Program-made: the position numbers and the translations under genes
Shown: piece after piece, positions 12,594 through 25,162 of the stretch
Position numbering within the stretch: position 1 is the first letter of the stretch
Layout: every line of letters starts with the position of its first letter
Source of the DNA: Amoebidium appalachense
Taxonomy: Eukaryota; Protista; Ichthyosporea
Direction: 5' to 3'
Assembly: GCA_963693365.1 (NCBI GenBank)
Contig: CAVNZM010000004.1
Span: 14,506,524 to 14,570,523, forward strand
DNA: 64,000 nt
The notes under the pieces: model-generated
Database searches by the model: none
Told to the model about the DNA's origin: nothing
Seen by the model: only the letters and a program-made list of their open reading frames with translations

Positions 12594-15205
12594 CGTGTGC
12601 TCGTGTAATTGGGCATGTGCTTCCTTGTGCACATATGAATGTGCCTGCTCCTACGCCACATGGGCTGTGTTGATTTGGGTGAGAGCATTCAGTTAAAGAC
12701 ATGCAATGGCACGATGTAAGGCCAGAAACAGAGCACAGCCAGCAGGCATCAGGGCCAGAAACAGAGCACAGGCAGCAGGCATCAGGGCCAGAAACAGGGC
12801 ACTGGTGCATGTTGGGGCCGTACGTCTTTGAGCTGCAGGGCGGCATCCTCCTCGTTCCAGTCCCCCGTCACAAACTTGTTGCGGATGCTCTCCAGCACCT
12901 GATATCCAGCCAATGGCGGCAGGGTGTTAGCTAAGGCCACAGGGTAGGCATCCAAACACGTGGCAGGCACGTGACGTGGCCACGTGCAGCAACCCACAGC
13001 TACACACCCACATTCACACGTGCACATCATCAACACCATTGAACACGCCAGCACTCTCGGTCCCCACACACACACCCCTGCAAGTTCAGATGCCACCCAA
13101 ACATTCCCACACCCAGCCACAGGCCCACCCACCATCCCCTTGCCAGCACCATCCCACCCACCACCTACCCCAACCCTGTCCAATCCCCAGCCCCCCTCCC
13201 CCCCCCCACACACACACACCCACACCTCACTCTGACACCAATCCAGCAGGTCTGTGGGCTGCACTGCATAGCGGCTGCAGTCAAACTCATTCCTGCCACT
13301 GTCGGCCTGGCTCTTCTTTTTGCGCCTGACTTGGAAGAACGTGTCCTCCCCACCCTCCTCCTCCGCATCCTCCCCATCTGCACCCCCAGTCAGAACGTGA
13401 ACTAAGTGACAGACATTACCCCCTGCAGCAAATCAACACACCCATAGACCCGACCACACACCCCACCCCTCTCACCCCACACAGGCACAAACACAGACCT
13501 CAGTGAACAATGCTTCCTTCTACCCCCACGGCCCTAATGCCCCCTACTAGGGCCACATACTTCACGGATCAGAATGCATAAGAAATGGGACACAGGAGTC
13601 GTGAAGGGAGGGACTCCGAAGGGGTAGAGAGAGGAGGGAGGGGAGGGAGGGGGGGGGGGGGGGGGGGGGTGTGGCGAAGGAAAGGGAGAAAGGGAGAGGG
13701 AGAGGGCCGGGGGAAGGGGGTGGGGGTGGGGGGGGGGAGGAGAGAGAGAGAGAGGGAGAGGGAGCCGGGGCCCAGCTCCAATGGCAAACAAGCAGAGCAG
13801 TGTCGAACACGCACACAAGAACTCATGCACACCCAAGCTACCCCCCCCCCCCCCCCCACACACACACACCCCACCCACACTCACACCCAACCACACGTAC
13901 TCCCCCCCCCCCCCCCAAAAAAAAAAAAACCACACATACCCATGTCCGTGCTATCCCTCCCCTCGTTGCCATAGACCAATGCCATGATGTTCTGTGCCCG
14001 TCTGCTCTCAAAGCTCCGCCTTGCTGCCTCACCAATGCTCAGTTTCCACCGTGCACTGCTCTCTATCTCCTCCACACCCCCTGCTCCCTCCTCCTCCTCT
14101 CCCTCCTCCTTTGCTTGCCTGCTGCCATCCCCCCCACCGCTCCCACCCTCCACCTTCCTTCGCTTAACTTTTCTCTCTTCTTCCTCTCCCTCCTCTTCCT
14201 CCTCCATAACATCATCCTCACTGCCATCATCCTCGTTATCATCATCCTCGTTATCATCTTCGTCTTCCTCTTCCTCCACCTGTTTTGACTGCTTTTTGCC
14301 GTTTACCCCACCCTTCACGGTCTCCACCTTTCTTCTCTTTACTCTCCTATCCTCTTCATCCTCCTCCTCCTCCTCGTCCTCTCCTTCTTCCTCATCTTCT
14401 TCTTCCTCACTATCATCATCCTCCTCCACCTCATCCCCCCCACTGACCTCCCCCATTTCACTGTCACTCTCTTCAAACGCCATCTCCTCTCCCTCCTCCT
14501 CCCCCATCAACCCCATCACCGCCCTCCCTATCCTCCCCATCCCTTCCTCCTCATCCTCCTCCTCCCCCTCACTCTCGTCTCCCTCGCTCATATCATCCTC
14601 CATCACATCATCCTCTCCATCATCAAACACGGCCCGTCTCCTGACTCTTCCATCCGCCTGCGTTACAATCTTCTCTCCCGGCATCTTCACCCTTCCCTCG
14701 GTATTTTCCTCTTTCCTCGGTTGTGGCATTTCCATTTCTTCATCTTCACTCTCCTCCTCACTCCCATTTTCCTCCTCGCTATCCCCATTGCCACTTTCGA
14801 ATACCTCGGTGACTTCACGTGATTGGATGGGGGCTGCCCCAGCAAACAGCCTGAGCTCACTTTCGTCTGTTTTCGTGTCGATGGCCTTCTCAGTGCCCAT
14901 CAGCCGGTCGACCATTTGCACCCCCTCTAGGTCACCTGACATGCACCATATATGGTAAGTCACCTGACATGCACCATGTATGGTAAGTCCCACCACAGCC
15001 TCACTCTGAAGAAGGATGCAACCACACACTGTCCCCACCTACTGCGCATGGTGGCATGCAATGAACCACGTGCTGTAACATAACGACAACAGATCACATA
15101 ACGTATCTTGGCCACGCACAAGCGGTGCACACACACTCGCTCCTCCCTCCTCCGCCTCACGTCACCAGGACACCACCTAACGTCTTTCTTCACCACTCGA
15201 TCTAG

Positions 15206-15261
<56 letters not shown>

Positions 15262-16045
15262 AAAACGAAAACAAAAAAAAAACACCCTGTACAACAAATA
15301 GACATACAGTGCCCAACACGCACCGCTTTCATCTGCCGGCTGGTCCTCGACCTGTTTCCTGTGGAAGTTGCCCATGTCGATGTACACTGCATCCTTATCG
15401 TACACTATGTCGCCTATGTCCGCCATGGGCGCATACAGAAGACGCTCACGCTCATTGAGTGTGCGCTGGGGGGGGAGGGGGTAGGGGGAGTGGGGAGGGG
15501 GTATTGAGTGCGCATCATGTGAAGACCAAAAGTTCCTGTGATTGCCCTTATTCTACGAACACAAGCAAACGAACAAACACACAGGCACACGCCCATCCAC
15601 ACCCATACGGCACACACACATGCCACTCTAGGTCGTGGGCCTGACCTCTCTAGTGTATGTGCTCTGTGGCATGTATAATCTCGTGCGCATGTCTTGCCAC
15701 CGTGCTGTGTGCACTCGCCAGGGGCATGGTTCCTAACCACTGCAATGCCCACAACGCATCTGGCACATACACGTGACCCACACGCAGGGTTCACATGATA
15801 AGACACCAACTAACTTTGTGTGTGTGTGTGTGTGTGTGCGTGTGTGTGTGTGTGTGTGTGGTGTATGTGTGTGCGTGTGTGTGGGCCCACCTTCTTCTGC
15901 TTGTCGGGCAGAGGGCAGGGGTCTGCCATGAACGACACTGCCTTCATGTAGAAGTCCCCACAGCCTGTCACGTGCACCTGCACACCCAGTGCTCAGTCCA
16001 TTATCCAACCCCATTTGCCCTCCATATACCACCCAATCAAACATA

Positions 16046-16083
<38 letters not shown>

Positions 16084-17394
16084 AAAAAAGAAAAAAAGAA
16101 AAAAGAGAAAAGAAAAGAAAGAAAGAAAAAAAAAACCCCCCAAACAGACAACAGCATGCCCACTGCCCCCCAGCTTGCCACGGGAGCCAATCAATGCACC
16201 GCACGTGGCTGTGGCTGCATATTGCATCCACAGCCCCTTTGGCCTCGATGTACACAGGCAAACAACACTTCACTCTCATGTCCCGACACGTCTATCGGGT
16301 AGAGAAGAAGGGGGGTGGGGGGTAGAATGACAGCATACGAGGTACACATGCACGACGGAGCCACAAAGTATGCATCATAAGTTTTTTTTTTGTTTTTTTT
16401 TTTTGGTGGTGGTGGTGGGGGGGGGGGGGGGGGGGACACCTTAAAGTGGGACTTTAGGTGGGTGCCCCTGCAATAGCCATATAAGGAGATGGTGCGGTCA
16501 CACTTGGGGTTGCGCCTCTTCTCCTCCGGGTCAGTCAGGTCCTAAGGGGGACGTGAGGCAAGGGCCCAGTCAGATCGTGCGAGGGATGCGAGGTATAGCC
16601 GGGCATGGAGTGTGCCGGCCGAGATTGTGATTACTGGGTATGCGGGTGGGCTGTGTCTGCGGGTCCCAATACGTGGTGGGTTCATCTATGCATACGTGCA
16701 TATGCCTTGACCACATAGTTGCGTCTGCTTGTGCCCATCCTTGTGTGTGTGCGTGTGTGTACGCACACGTTTGTGTATTTTTCTCTCGTCACTCGTCTCC
16801 CATTTTCAATTATATTCTCTCTCACTCTCTTTCCTCCTCTCTTGTTCTTTATCCCCCCCCCCCCCCCCCCCCCCCCCCCCTGTATGTGTATGTGTGTTTA
16901 TTTTGCACGTGCGCACCTCGAATCTGTCAGCCAGCACGTAGGGGTGTGCTCCTCTCCACGTCATTGGGCGGAATTTCATGACGGAAATGAACCGTGACAG
17001 GTTAAGCACCTCATTCTTGGGGTACCTAGAAGGTTAAAGTTAGCACCTCATTCTTGGGGTACCCAAAAGTTTATTGTTAAAAGGTTGAAGTTAGCATCAC
17101 ATTTTTGGGGTACCTAAAGGGGTTAATGTTAGCACCTCGTTCTTGGGGTACCTAAAAGGGTTAAGTTAGCGCCTCATTCTTGGGGTACCTAAATGGATAA
17201 AGTTGGAATGCAACACACAGCAAGGCCAAGCAAGCAACACCACCTAGGGCTCTACATGCACTGAGCATGGGCCATCGTGATGGCACACACGTGGCAGAGG
17301 TCAACCCATGGAGGTGAGGAAGGCCTTGGTGCCTGCTGGTGAGACACATGCACACACACACACCTCCCCCCCCCTCCCTCCCCCCCCCCCCCCT

Positions 17395-17425
<31 letters not shown>

Positions 17426-18265
17426 TGCAGCCCAGGGACAAACATATGTGTATCATGGGGGCATGGGGCTGTTACTTGTTGTTGATGAGGCCCGACAGGT
17501 AGAACAGCTTGGCCCCCTGGTATATCTCCGTCCAGAACCTGAAAGGGGGTGAAGTCAGCACTGAGGGATAGTGGGTGGGCCCCAGGGTGCAGATAGGCGG
17601 CCAGGGATGTCTGAGTGCTGCAAAGGCATCCTGCATGCACGTGCACAGGCAGACACACCGACCGAGAGATGCACCCCAGCAATATGAACAGTCGGCCAGC
17701 CACAATTGGGCTTGTGTGCAGAGGAGGCCAGCCAGAAACCATCCGGGGAGCACAGCACACAGCCACATCCCCGTGCCTGCACGTGCACGCACCTGTGCTT
17801 GAGGCGTTTCTTTGTGGTTCTGAGCTGCTTGTTGTTCTTGAACAGGTCCAGGTGCGTCAGGACCCCCTAGCAACAGCCAGTCAGATACCACCACAGTGCC
17901 GTGTTTTGATTGGCCAAATGCACATCATATCTCTCAAACCAATTACTGCCCTGCTTCCCTCCCCCCCCCCCCCCCCCGGCCCCCCCCGGCCCCCCCCCCC
18001 CCCCCCCAAAAAAAAAAGGAAAGAAAAAAGTAAAAAAAAACCACCAGAGCACAGCTGCACAGGCATGCACACCACAAAGACAAACACGATGACACGCAAA
18101 CGGATGTATGCATGCATGTGCGTACGCAGACACACACAGGCACACGCACAGGGACAAACCCACAAGTTATCTTCCCCAAAACCCCCCACCTGGTCGTGCC
18201 TACCCACACTTCCTGTCCTCCTGTGCCCTCGCACCCTCGCTCTGGCTTTCTTCTCTCCCTTTTCT

Positions 18266-18301
<36 letters not shown>

Positions 18302-18739
18302 CGTTGTTCATCTTGTGCGTATACTGGAAGAAGGAAGGGGGAGGAAGGGGGGGGGGGGGGGGGGGGGGGTGCTCACCATGACTCTTGGAAAGCCGTGGAC
18401 CTGAGCAATATTCAAAAACTCAAATGTCTCCTGCAAAGAGCCAGCCGTCAGTAAGCCAAAGAATGAGACAGGGGAGAAGGGGGATGGGTGTGGACGGGGA
18501 GCTGGCTACACGGAGAGAAAACCAAAGAGCACCGCTCAATGCCCCTGGATGTATTTGGTTACACGTTACAAACCATGGATAAGTTCCGAATACCCTAAAT
18601 ACATTATAGATGGCTGCTGTGTGCCTGCTAGATATCTGCAACTATTGGATAGGGGTGCTGTGTGTGTGTTGTGTGTGTGTGCATACGGCACGTGTGTGAG
18701 CATACATCAATCTCTCGGTCGTGTGCCTGTGCACAAGCA

Positions 18740-18790
<51 letters not shown>

Positions 18791-19609
18791 GTGTATGTGT
18801 GTGTGTCTGTGTGCGCGCATGGGCAAATGTTCCAAGCAATGGTCTAAGTTAACATGTACAGATGCAAGTGTCTGTATGGATGTAGGGTTTGTGTGTTGTG
18901 TGTATGTGAGCTGGTGCGAGTTGTGTGTGTGTGTGTGTGAGCGTGTGTGAGTGAGTTTGTGAGTGTGTGTGTGCGCACGCGCCTGCACATGCATGTGTGA
19001 CTGTGCGTGTGTATGCGCGTGTCCGCACACGCGTGTCTTTCTTGTGTGTGGGTGTGTATGCATGTACGACTGTTTGTGTGAGTGTTTCTACGTGTTTCTG
19101 TGGATGGGTGTACGCGCCTGTGTGTGTGCATGTGCAACTGTGTTTCTCCATTTGTGCATGTGAGTGTGCGCAAGCGCATGCGCGCGTGTGTATGTGTGCG
19201 ATTGTGCATGTGCGATTGTGTGTGTGTGCGTGTGCGAGATAGAGCGAGTGTATGTGTGTATGTGAGTGTGTGTGTGAAAAGAGTGTGTGTTGTGTGTATG
19301 TGTGCGTACGTGTGGGCGCTTTTGTGTATGTGTTAGTAGTGTGTGCGCTTTTGCTTAAGCAATCATGTGTCTGCGTATGGGTGTGCCTGTGCCTGTGCCT
19401 GTGCCTGCAAGCACTTACCATCTCGAAGCCGAAGGAGGCATCGACCATGAGCAGCACCAGGTCGGCCACCTTGCTCACATCGATCATCGTGTTGAGCTCA
19501 CTGCCACACTCGATGAACGTCAGCCGCCGCTTCTTGCCTGCACATCCACGGTGGGGGGGGGTGGGGGGGGGGGGGGGGGGGGTGGTTGGTTGGTTGGTGG
19601 GGGGAGGAA

Positions 19610-19657
<48 letters not shown>

Positions 19658-20396
19658 GGAGGAAGAAGGAGGGCGGGGCAGGGGGGGGGGGGGGGGGGAG
19701 GAGGGGGAGTGGGTGGAATAGCAGAGGGAGGGGGGAGAGAGGGGGTGGAGGAAGAAGGAGGGCGGGGCAGGGGGGGGGGGGGGGGGGAGGAGGGGGAGTG
19801 GGTTGAATAGCGAAGGGAGGGGGGGAGAGAGGGGGTGGAGGAAGAAGGAGGGCGGGGCAGGGGGGAGGGGGGAGGAGGGGAAGTGGGTGGAATAGCGGAG
19901 GGAGGGAGGGAAGAGGGGGTATAGGAAGAAGGAGGGCGGGGCAGGGGGAGGAGGGGGGGGGGGGGGGGGGGAGGAGGCGGAGTGGGTGGAATATAAAGGC
20001 GAAGGAAGGGGAAGGAAAGAAGGGGGGAGGGGGGATGGGGGGGCGGGGGGAGGGGGGCAGGGAGCAGCAAGAGACATGGAATGGGCCATAGGGTGGCATG
20101 GCCAGTCAGCAGGGGCGGGTGGGGCATGCGGCACCATGTAGAAAGAAATAAAAAGGAAGGGCATCTTCAGGTTGGAACGATGGAAAAGCATGCAGAGAAG
20201 CGGGGCCATGGATTGGGTGGAAGGCCATAGAACAGCCAGCAAGTACCAAGGGCACGTGGGCCGGGGGGGACATGCAGTTGCCGTGTGTGTGAGCGCATAT
20301 GTGGGTGAGTGCGAGCGTGTGTGTGTCTGTCTGTGTGCCCCGTGCATGTGCATGCATGCACAGGGCATACAAGCACGGGTGCACACCCGTACATGC

Positions 20397-20445
<49 letters not shown>

Positions 20446-21392
20446 TGCCCGTGTCTTCGTGTGCACGTTTGAGTGAGCGTGCATGCATGCGTATGGCGCA
20501 CGTGTGTGTCTGTGTGTGTGTGTGTACACGTGCATGAGTGAGTGTGCAGGTGCATTTTGACAGATCCGAGAGCGCATATTGCATGTGCATATATACTGGG
20601 GCATGCCAATAGATTGAACTAGCACAGGCACAGTCAAGCACCTAGAAGCCAACTCCACGTGTGTGTGCATGTGTTTGTGTCCGTGTGTGCGCATGCGTGT
20701 GAACATGTTTGCCTGTGTGTGCGCATGTATGTGTGTGCGCGCGCATGTGTGTGTGTGTCTGTGTGTGTGTGGACACGTGGTGTGTGCATGCCTGCACGTG
20801 CACGTACCCGAGACCACCGTGATAGGCCCCTTGACCTCGGCCACATTCTGCTTTGTGAATCTCTTGATCAGCGACTTGATCAGCATCGTCTTGCCCACCT
20901 GCAGTGCACGTGTCAGCCACGTGCTGTCACCATGGCAACAAACCATGCCCCCCCCCCCCCCCCCTCCCCCCTCCCCCCACACCCACACCCACACCCACAG
21001 TGGGGGCGGGGGAAGGGGAGTAGGGGGGAGGAAGAAAGGGAGAGAGCGGAGAGTATGGGATAGCAGGTGATTACCTTTGGGGGGCCAACCACAGCCACAA
21101 CCACCGGGGGGGGCTCTACTGGAGCCCTGTCAGGCAGGGGGATGTGGTGTTTCTTGGTGTCCAGGTCAAGTTTGCGCCGGGCATGACGGGCGGCACTCAC
21201 AGCACTGTTGTAGCCAAACGCCTGGGGGGGGGGGGGGGGGGGGGGGGGGGAGGTAAGCATGGCACACGGGAAGAGGGGGAGGGGGGGGGAGGGGAGGGGG
21301 GAGAAAGGGGGGAGGCAGAAAACGAGCCAGAAATGTGTGTGGTGTGTGTGCCTGTGCCTTTGGGTGCGTGTGTGTCTGTGTGTGTGTGTGTG

Positions 21393-21428
<36 letters not shown>

Positions 21429-21525
21429 CTTTGTATGTGTGCATGTGTATGTGTGTGCATACGCGCATACAGGCACATGTGTTTACTTGTCTGTGTGTGT
21501 GCATGAAGATGTCTTTGCATGTGTT

Positions 21526-21584
<59 letters not shown>

Positions 21585-21758
21585 GTGTGTGTGTGTGTGT
21601 GTGCGTGTGTGGTCACATGCAGACGTGTGCTGTTTTTTGTGAATGAATTGCTTATGTGCTTGTGTGAGTGTGATTGTGTACTTGTATGAGTGCGGGTTGT
21701 GCATGTGTGCAGATGCACGTGTTCGTATCATGTGAATGCAGGGGATGGGCCGAGGACA

Positions 21759-21804
<46 letters not shown>

Positions 21805-21953
21805 AGAGGAATAAAGAAATGGGGGGCTAGAGAGAGAGAGAGGGAGGGAGAAAGAAAGGGAGAGGGGAGTGGGGGGGGGAGGGAGAGTAAGAGTGAGAGA
21901 GGGAGAGGGAGATAGAGGGGGAGGGGGGGAGAAAAGAGAGGGAGGGGGGAGGA

Positions 21954-22045
<92 letters not shown>

Positions 22046-22548
22046 AATGAAAAGGCACGGGGACAGAGACAGACACACACGATGAGGCACGGACAGAAAG
22101 GCCTTGTGTGCCCGTGCTGGCCGTACACAATGAATGCACGTGCTAAGAAGCACACAAAAACCTCCCATTCTTGTGCCCCCCCCTCCCCTCTCCCTCCCAA
22201 CACACACACGCACACACCACTGGCTCATAAGAGCCTCGCTCACAGACACACACAGACACAGACACAGACACAGAAACAGACAAACGCACACATGCGCACA
22301 CACGCGCGCACGCACACACACACACACACATACGTAGACACAGACAAGCAAGCAAGGAGGCACTCGCCTTCGGGTTGAACTGGTTCTCATGTTTGTTCTT
22401 TTTCTTTTCTTTCTTCTTGGCACTGGGCCCTGCACAAAAAAACCGTGTTAGGATTCACACACGGGAGAGTCGCCATGAACGAGGTGTAGTGGGGTAGGTG
22501 GGTGGGTGGGTGATGGTGGTGGTGGTGGTGGTGGTGTGTGTGTGTGTG

Positions 22549-22595
<47 letters not shown>

Positions 22596-23300
22596 AGGGG
22601 AGGGGGAAAGGAGAAGCAAGTGTGGGTAGGCGTGGTGGTGTGGTTTTGGTACGATAGGGGAGGGAAGAAGCGGGGTTGGGGTGGTGAGTGTATTTGAGTC
22701 GAAGTTATTGTGAATTGTGAATGGTGATGTGCACAACTGAGTGCGAGTGTGAGTGCAAGTGAGAGTGAGAGTGTGAGTGTGTTTGAGTAGGTGTGTGTGT
22801 GTGCGCGTGAATAGGTGTTTTTGTGAATGCATGTGTGTGCCCCTGTGATTCACACCTTTAAGGGTGCGTGCCTGAGCACAAGCTTTTAAAAGTGTATGCA
22901 TGTCGTGTGCATGCCTGTGCAGTGTCTGCCGTTCCCGACGTGCATGTGTGGGTGGGCACGTGATTGTGAAACAGACAAGTGTTTGTTATATACTCAATTA
23001 AAACGCAACAATTAAAATGGGTGTGGGGAGTTGTATGCTGTGGCCACGCAACGCTTGTGAGCCCCCTTTGAGTGCGCAATTGCATGTATATGTGTGCCTG
23101 TGGAGAATATAACCATCCAAATGCAACCAGCCACATGCTCTCGGCCAAGCACAAGGGTGCGTGTGCGTGTGTGTTTGCGTCATAAGTGTGTGCTTGGCGT
23201 GTGTACAGCAGTTGTCTGCATGCTCGTGAGTACGTGTGTGCCTTTTTACACAAGTGTCCACAGATATCGGCGTGTAAGTGTGTGCGTAATGCTTGTGGGC

Positions 23301-23357
<57 letters not shown>

Positions 23358-23601
23358 TGTGTGCGTGTGTGTGTGTGCGTGCGTGCGTGCGTGCACGCTG
23401 GAGCGTGTGCATGCCCTCGTTGAGGTATGGGTGTGTCCCCGTGTGTATGTGATCGTATGTGCGTGTGCCTGTGTGTCCACTTGCGTGCATATTCCTGCAT
23501 GTTCCCGTGCGTGCCTGCCTCGTGTGCGTGCGAGTTGCCTGGCCCAGAGGGCACGCACCGGCCTGGGGCTTCTGGTGGCCCTTGTTGACCTGCTGCTCCA
23601 T
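5100..23601 (-). CDS. BMS1: Ribosome biogenesis GTPase BMS1, 30 exons, ~1295 aa
   Basis: Manually spliced exons (minus): 23559-23601, 22368-22429, 21075-21221, 20808-20898, 19419-19537, 18377-18430, 17793-17866, 17476-17538, 16917-17025, 16440-16541, 15891-15977, 15324-15465, 13940-14935, 13226-13377, 12824-12898, 12333-12486, 12131-12264, 11923-11983, 11401-11534, 10761-10941, 10379-10437, 9930-10053, 9322-9416, 8920-8971, 8413-8507, 7841-7915, 7154-7255, 6613-6742, 5970-6054, 5100-5190. Phases are consistent (3888 nt). Motifs: GPPKVGKT P-loop, [49 protein letters not shown], central acidic tract, [47 protein letters not shown]. The last acceptor is uncertain. Confidence 0.96.
8818..8903. 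repeat. 46-bp-period duplication next to the BMS1 intron 24 donor
   Basis: ataaggagccatgcatccacagttcctagcctatatgtgc x2. Confidence 0.9.
12721..12802. repeat. 33-bp tandem repeat (2.5 copies) near the BMS1 intron 15 donor
   Basis: gccagaaacagagcacag(c/g)cagcaggcatcagg. Confidence 0.9.
14931..14989. repeat. 28-bp tandem duplication including the BMS1 exon 13 acceptor
   Basis: gtcacctgacatgcaccat(a/g)tatggtaa x2. Confidence 0.9.
17001..17195. repeat. ~38-bp tandem repeat x5 spanning the BMS1 intron 8 / exon 9 junction
   Basis: gttagcacctcattcttggggtaccta.. copies at about 17001, 17039, 17090, 17128, 17165. Confidence 0.92.
19655..19995. repeat. Degenerate purine-rich tandem repeats in BMS1 intron 4
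   Basis: About 4 copies of ggaggaagaaggagggcggggcaggg...gagtgggtggaatagc. Confidence 0.8.
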
Positions 23602-23781
23602 GGCTGCGGGGGGGCGCCACGTGCCCTGTGCCACGTGCTTGGGTGTGTGCTGCGCTACACTGGGTTATATACGGCTACCAACAAGCAGACAGCTAACTCC
23701 TAGAGCGACTAAACCAATTATAGTTGTGTGCACCGCCAGACTGATCGACTGAAGCACATGTGCACTGATGGCTCAATCTGA

Positions 23782-23840
23782 TGACGTCATGCAAGAGGGT
23801 ATTCGCCAATCAGCGCTGCCCAATAGAATAGATCTATTGG
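23782..23840 (-). promoter_or_regulatory. BMS1 proximal promoter: CRE/ATF palindrome plus CCAAT boxes
   Basis: TGACGTCA at 23782-23789, CCAAT at 23806-23810 and 23820-23824, ATTGG at 23836-23840, about 180-240 bp upstream of the ATG. Confidence 0.55.
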
Positions 23841-24462
23841 AGATCTGGATGTACTCGGCATACGCGTACGTGCACCGTTTACAAACATGCACACTGGGAG
23901 TGTTCGTCGCGAGTAGTATACGTAGAACTTTGGCCGCCGTGAGCGTATACACGCTGCCGGTCGCTGCGTTTTGTATACGACGTATATACACGGGAATGTG
24001 TGGATGTGTGTATGGACGTACACATCGGTCTGCGGTGCACGTGCACGTGCGCAGCCAGCAAATTTTTAAAGTCCGGCCCGCCGATATGCAAATGGCCAGG
24101 AACCTTTTTCGACTCCCGCCTAGGCCTACGCGCGGAGTGTGTCTCTGGTACATCCAGCACTGTGACATACGTGGTAGTGGTTGATGTTGAAGTGCATACA
24201 TACGTATGTATTAGACTATGTATGTATACGTGTACTGCCAGGCGGTGTGCCCATGATCGATCTCTCGAGGGTCTAGCTAGCTCTCAGAGTTAAACGGAGT
24301 AATGGTGAGCAAAATATCAGTGATGAGCTCGAGGGTCATGCTTGTGGGCACGATGGGCACAAGCTTTCTGTCCAACCGTGTTGGGGTTGGGGGAAAGGGA
24401 GGTAACACGTGTGTGTGTGTGAAGTGTGGTGTGTACATGTGTGTATGTGCGTGCGTGCGTGC

Positions 24463-24493
<31 letters not shown>

Positions 24494-24521
24494 TGAATAT
24501 TTGCGTGTGTGGGGAGAGGGG

Positions 24522-24555
<34 letters not shown>

Positions 24556-25162
24556 CAATAGCATATTATAAACCAAGGAGCCATTTTTGCAAGCTACTGG
24601 ATCGAGACTCTTTGGCTGGTGCGGAGACTCAGCGGCAGTCGAGCCCAAGCTCACAACAGTGCATGGCACCAAATAGAGCTGATAAAATTTATTTGCGTCC
24701 ATCACATGGCCATATTACATGGCTCCTATTTCCACAATCATCTGCAAGTGTTTACTACGTAAGAAGACTCGTGTCAGCTGCATCGATGCACAGCCAAATG
24801 CGACATAAGCCTTTCCCCCAAACCCTCCGGGACCCCCCCCCGCACCCATTCACATGGTTATGTATGTCCATTCGATACGAAGTGCTGCCAGCGTCTACCA
24901 CCCTAAGTGTGGCACGTGGGAGGTGGGTGTATTGAAAAAAGGGAAATAGGGGGTGTGAAAGCGAACCCTAAGACGGGTGTGATGTGTGTATGCCTAGTGA
25001 CCCGATAAACACTTGAAAGGTATGAAGAGATTCTGATGTAAAAAAAGACAAAATAAAAAACTAAAACTAAAAAACGGGAAAACATCCCCAGTGTCCTAAC
25101 GCCTTCGCAGATATGTGTGCACATGTACGTGCGTTCCCCTGCACGGTGCTTTGAAATTCACC

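Noticed and set aside
13984-14958. 324-aa Ser-rich ORF on plus strand
   Set aside because: Antisense shadow of the acidic BMS1 exon 13
24277-24705. Possible small gene or snoRNA (GTGATGA near 24320) between BMS1 and TFIIA
   Set aside because: No matching D box with terminal stem, no recognisable protein, and the ORF runs through repeats
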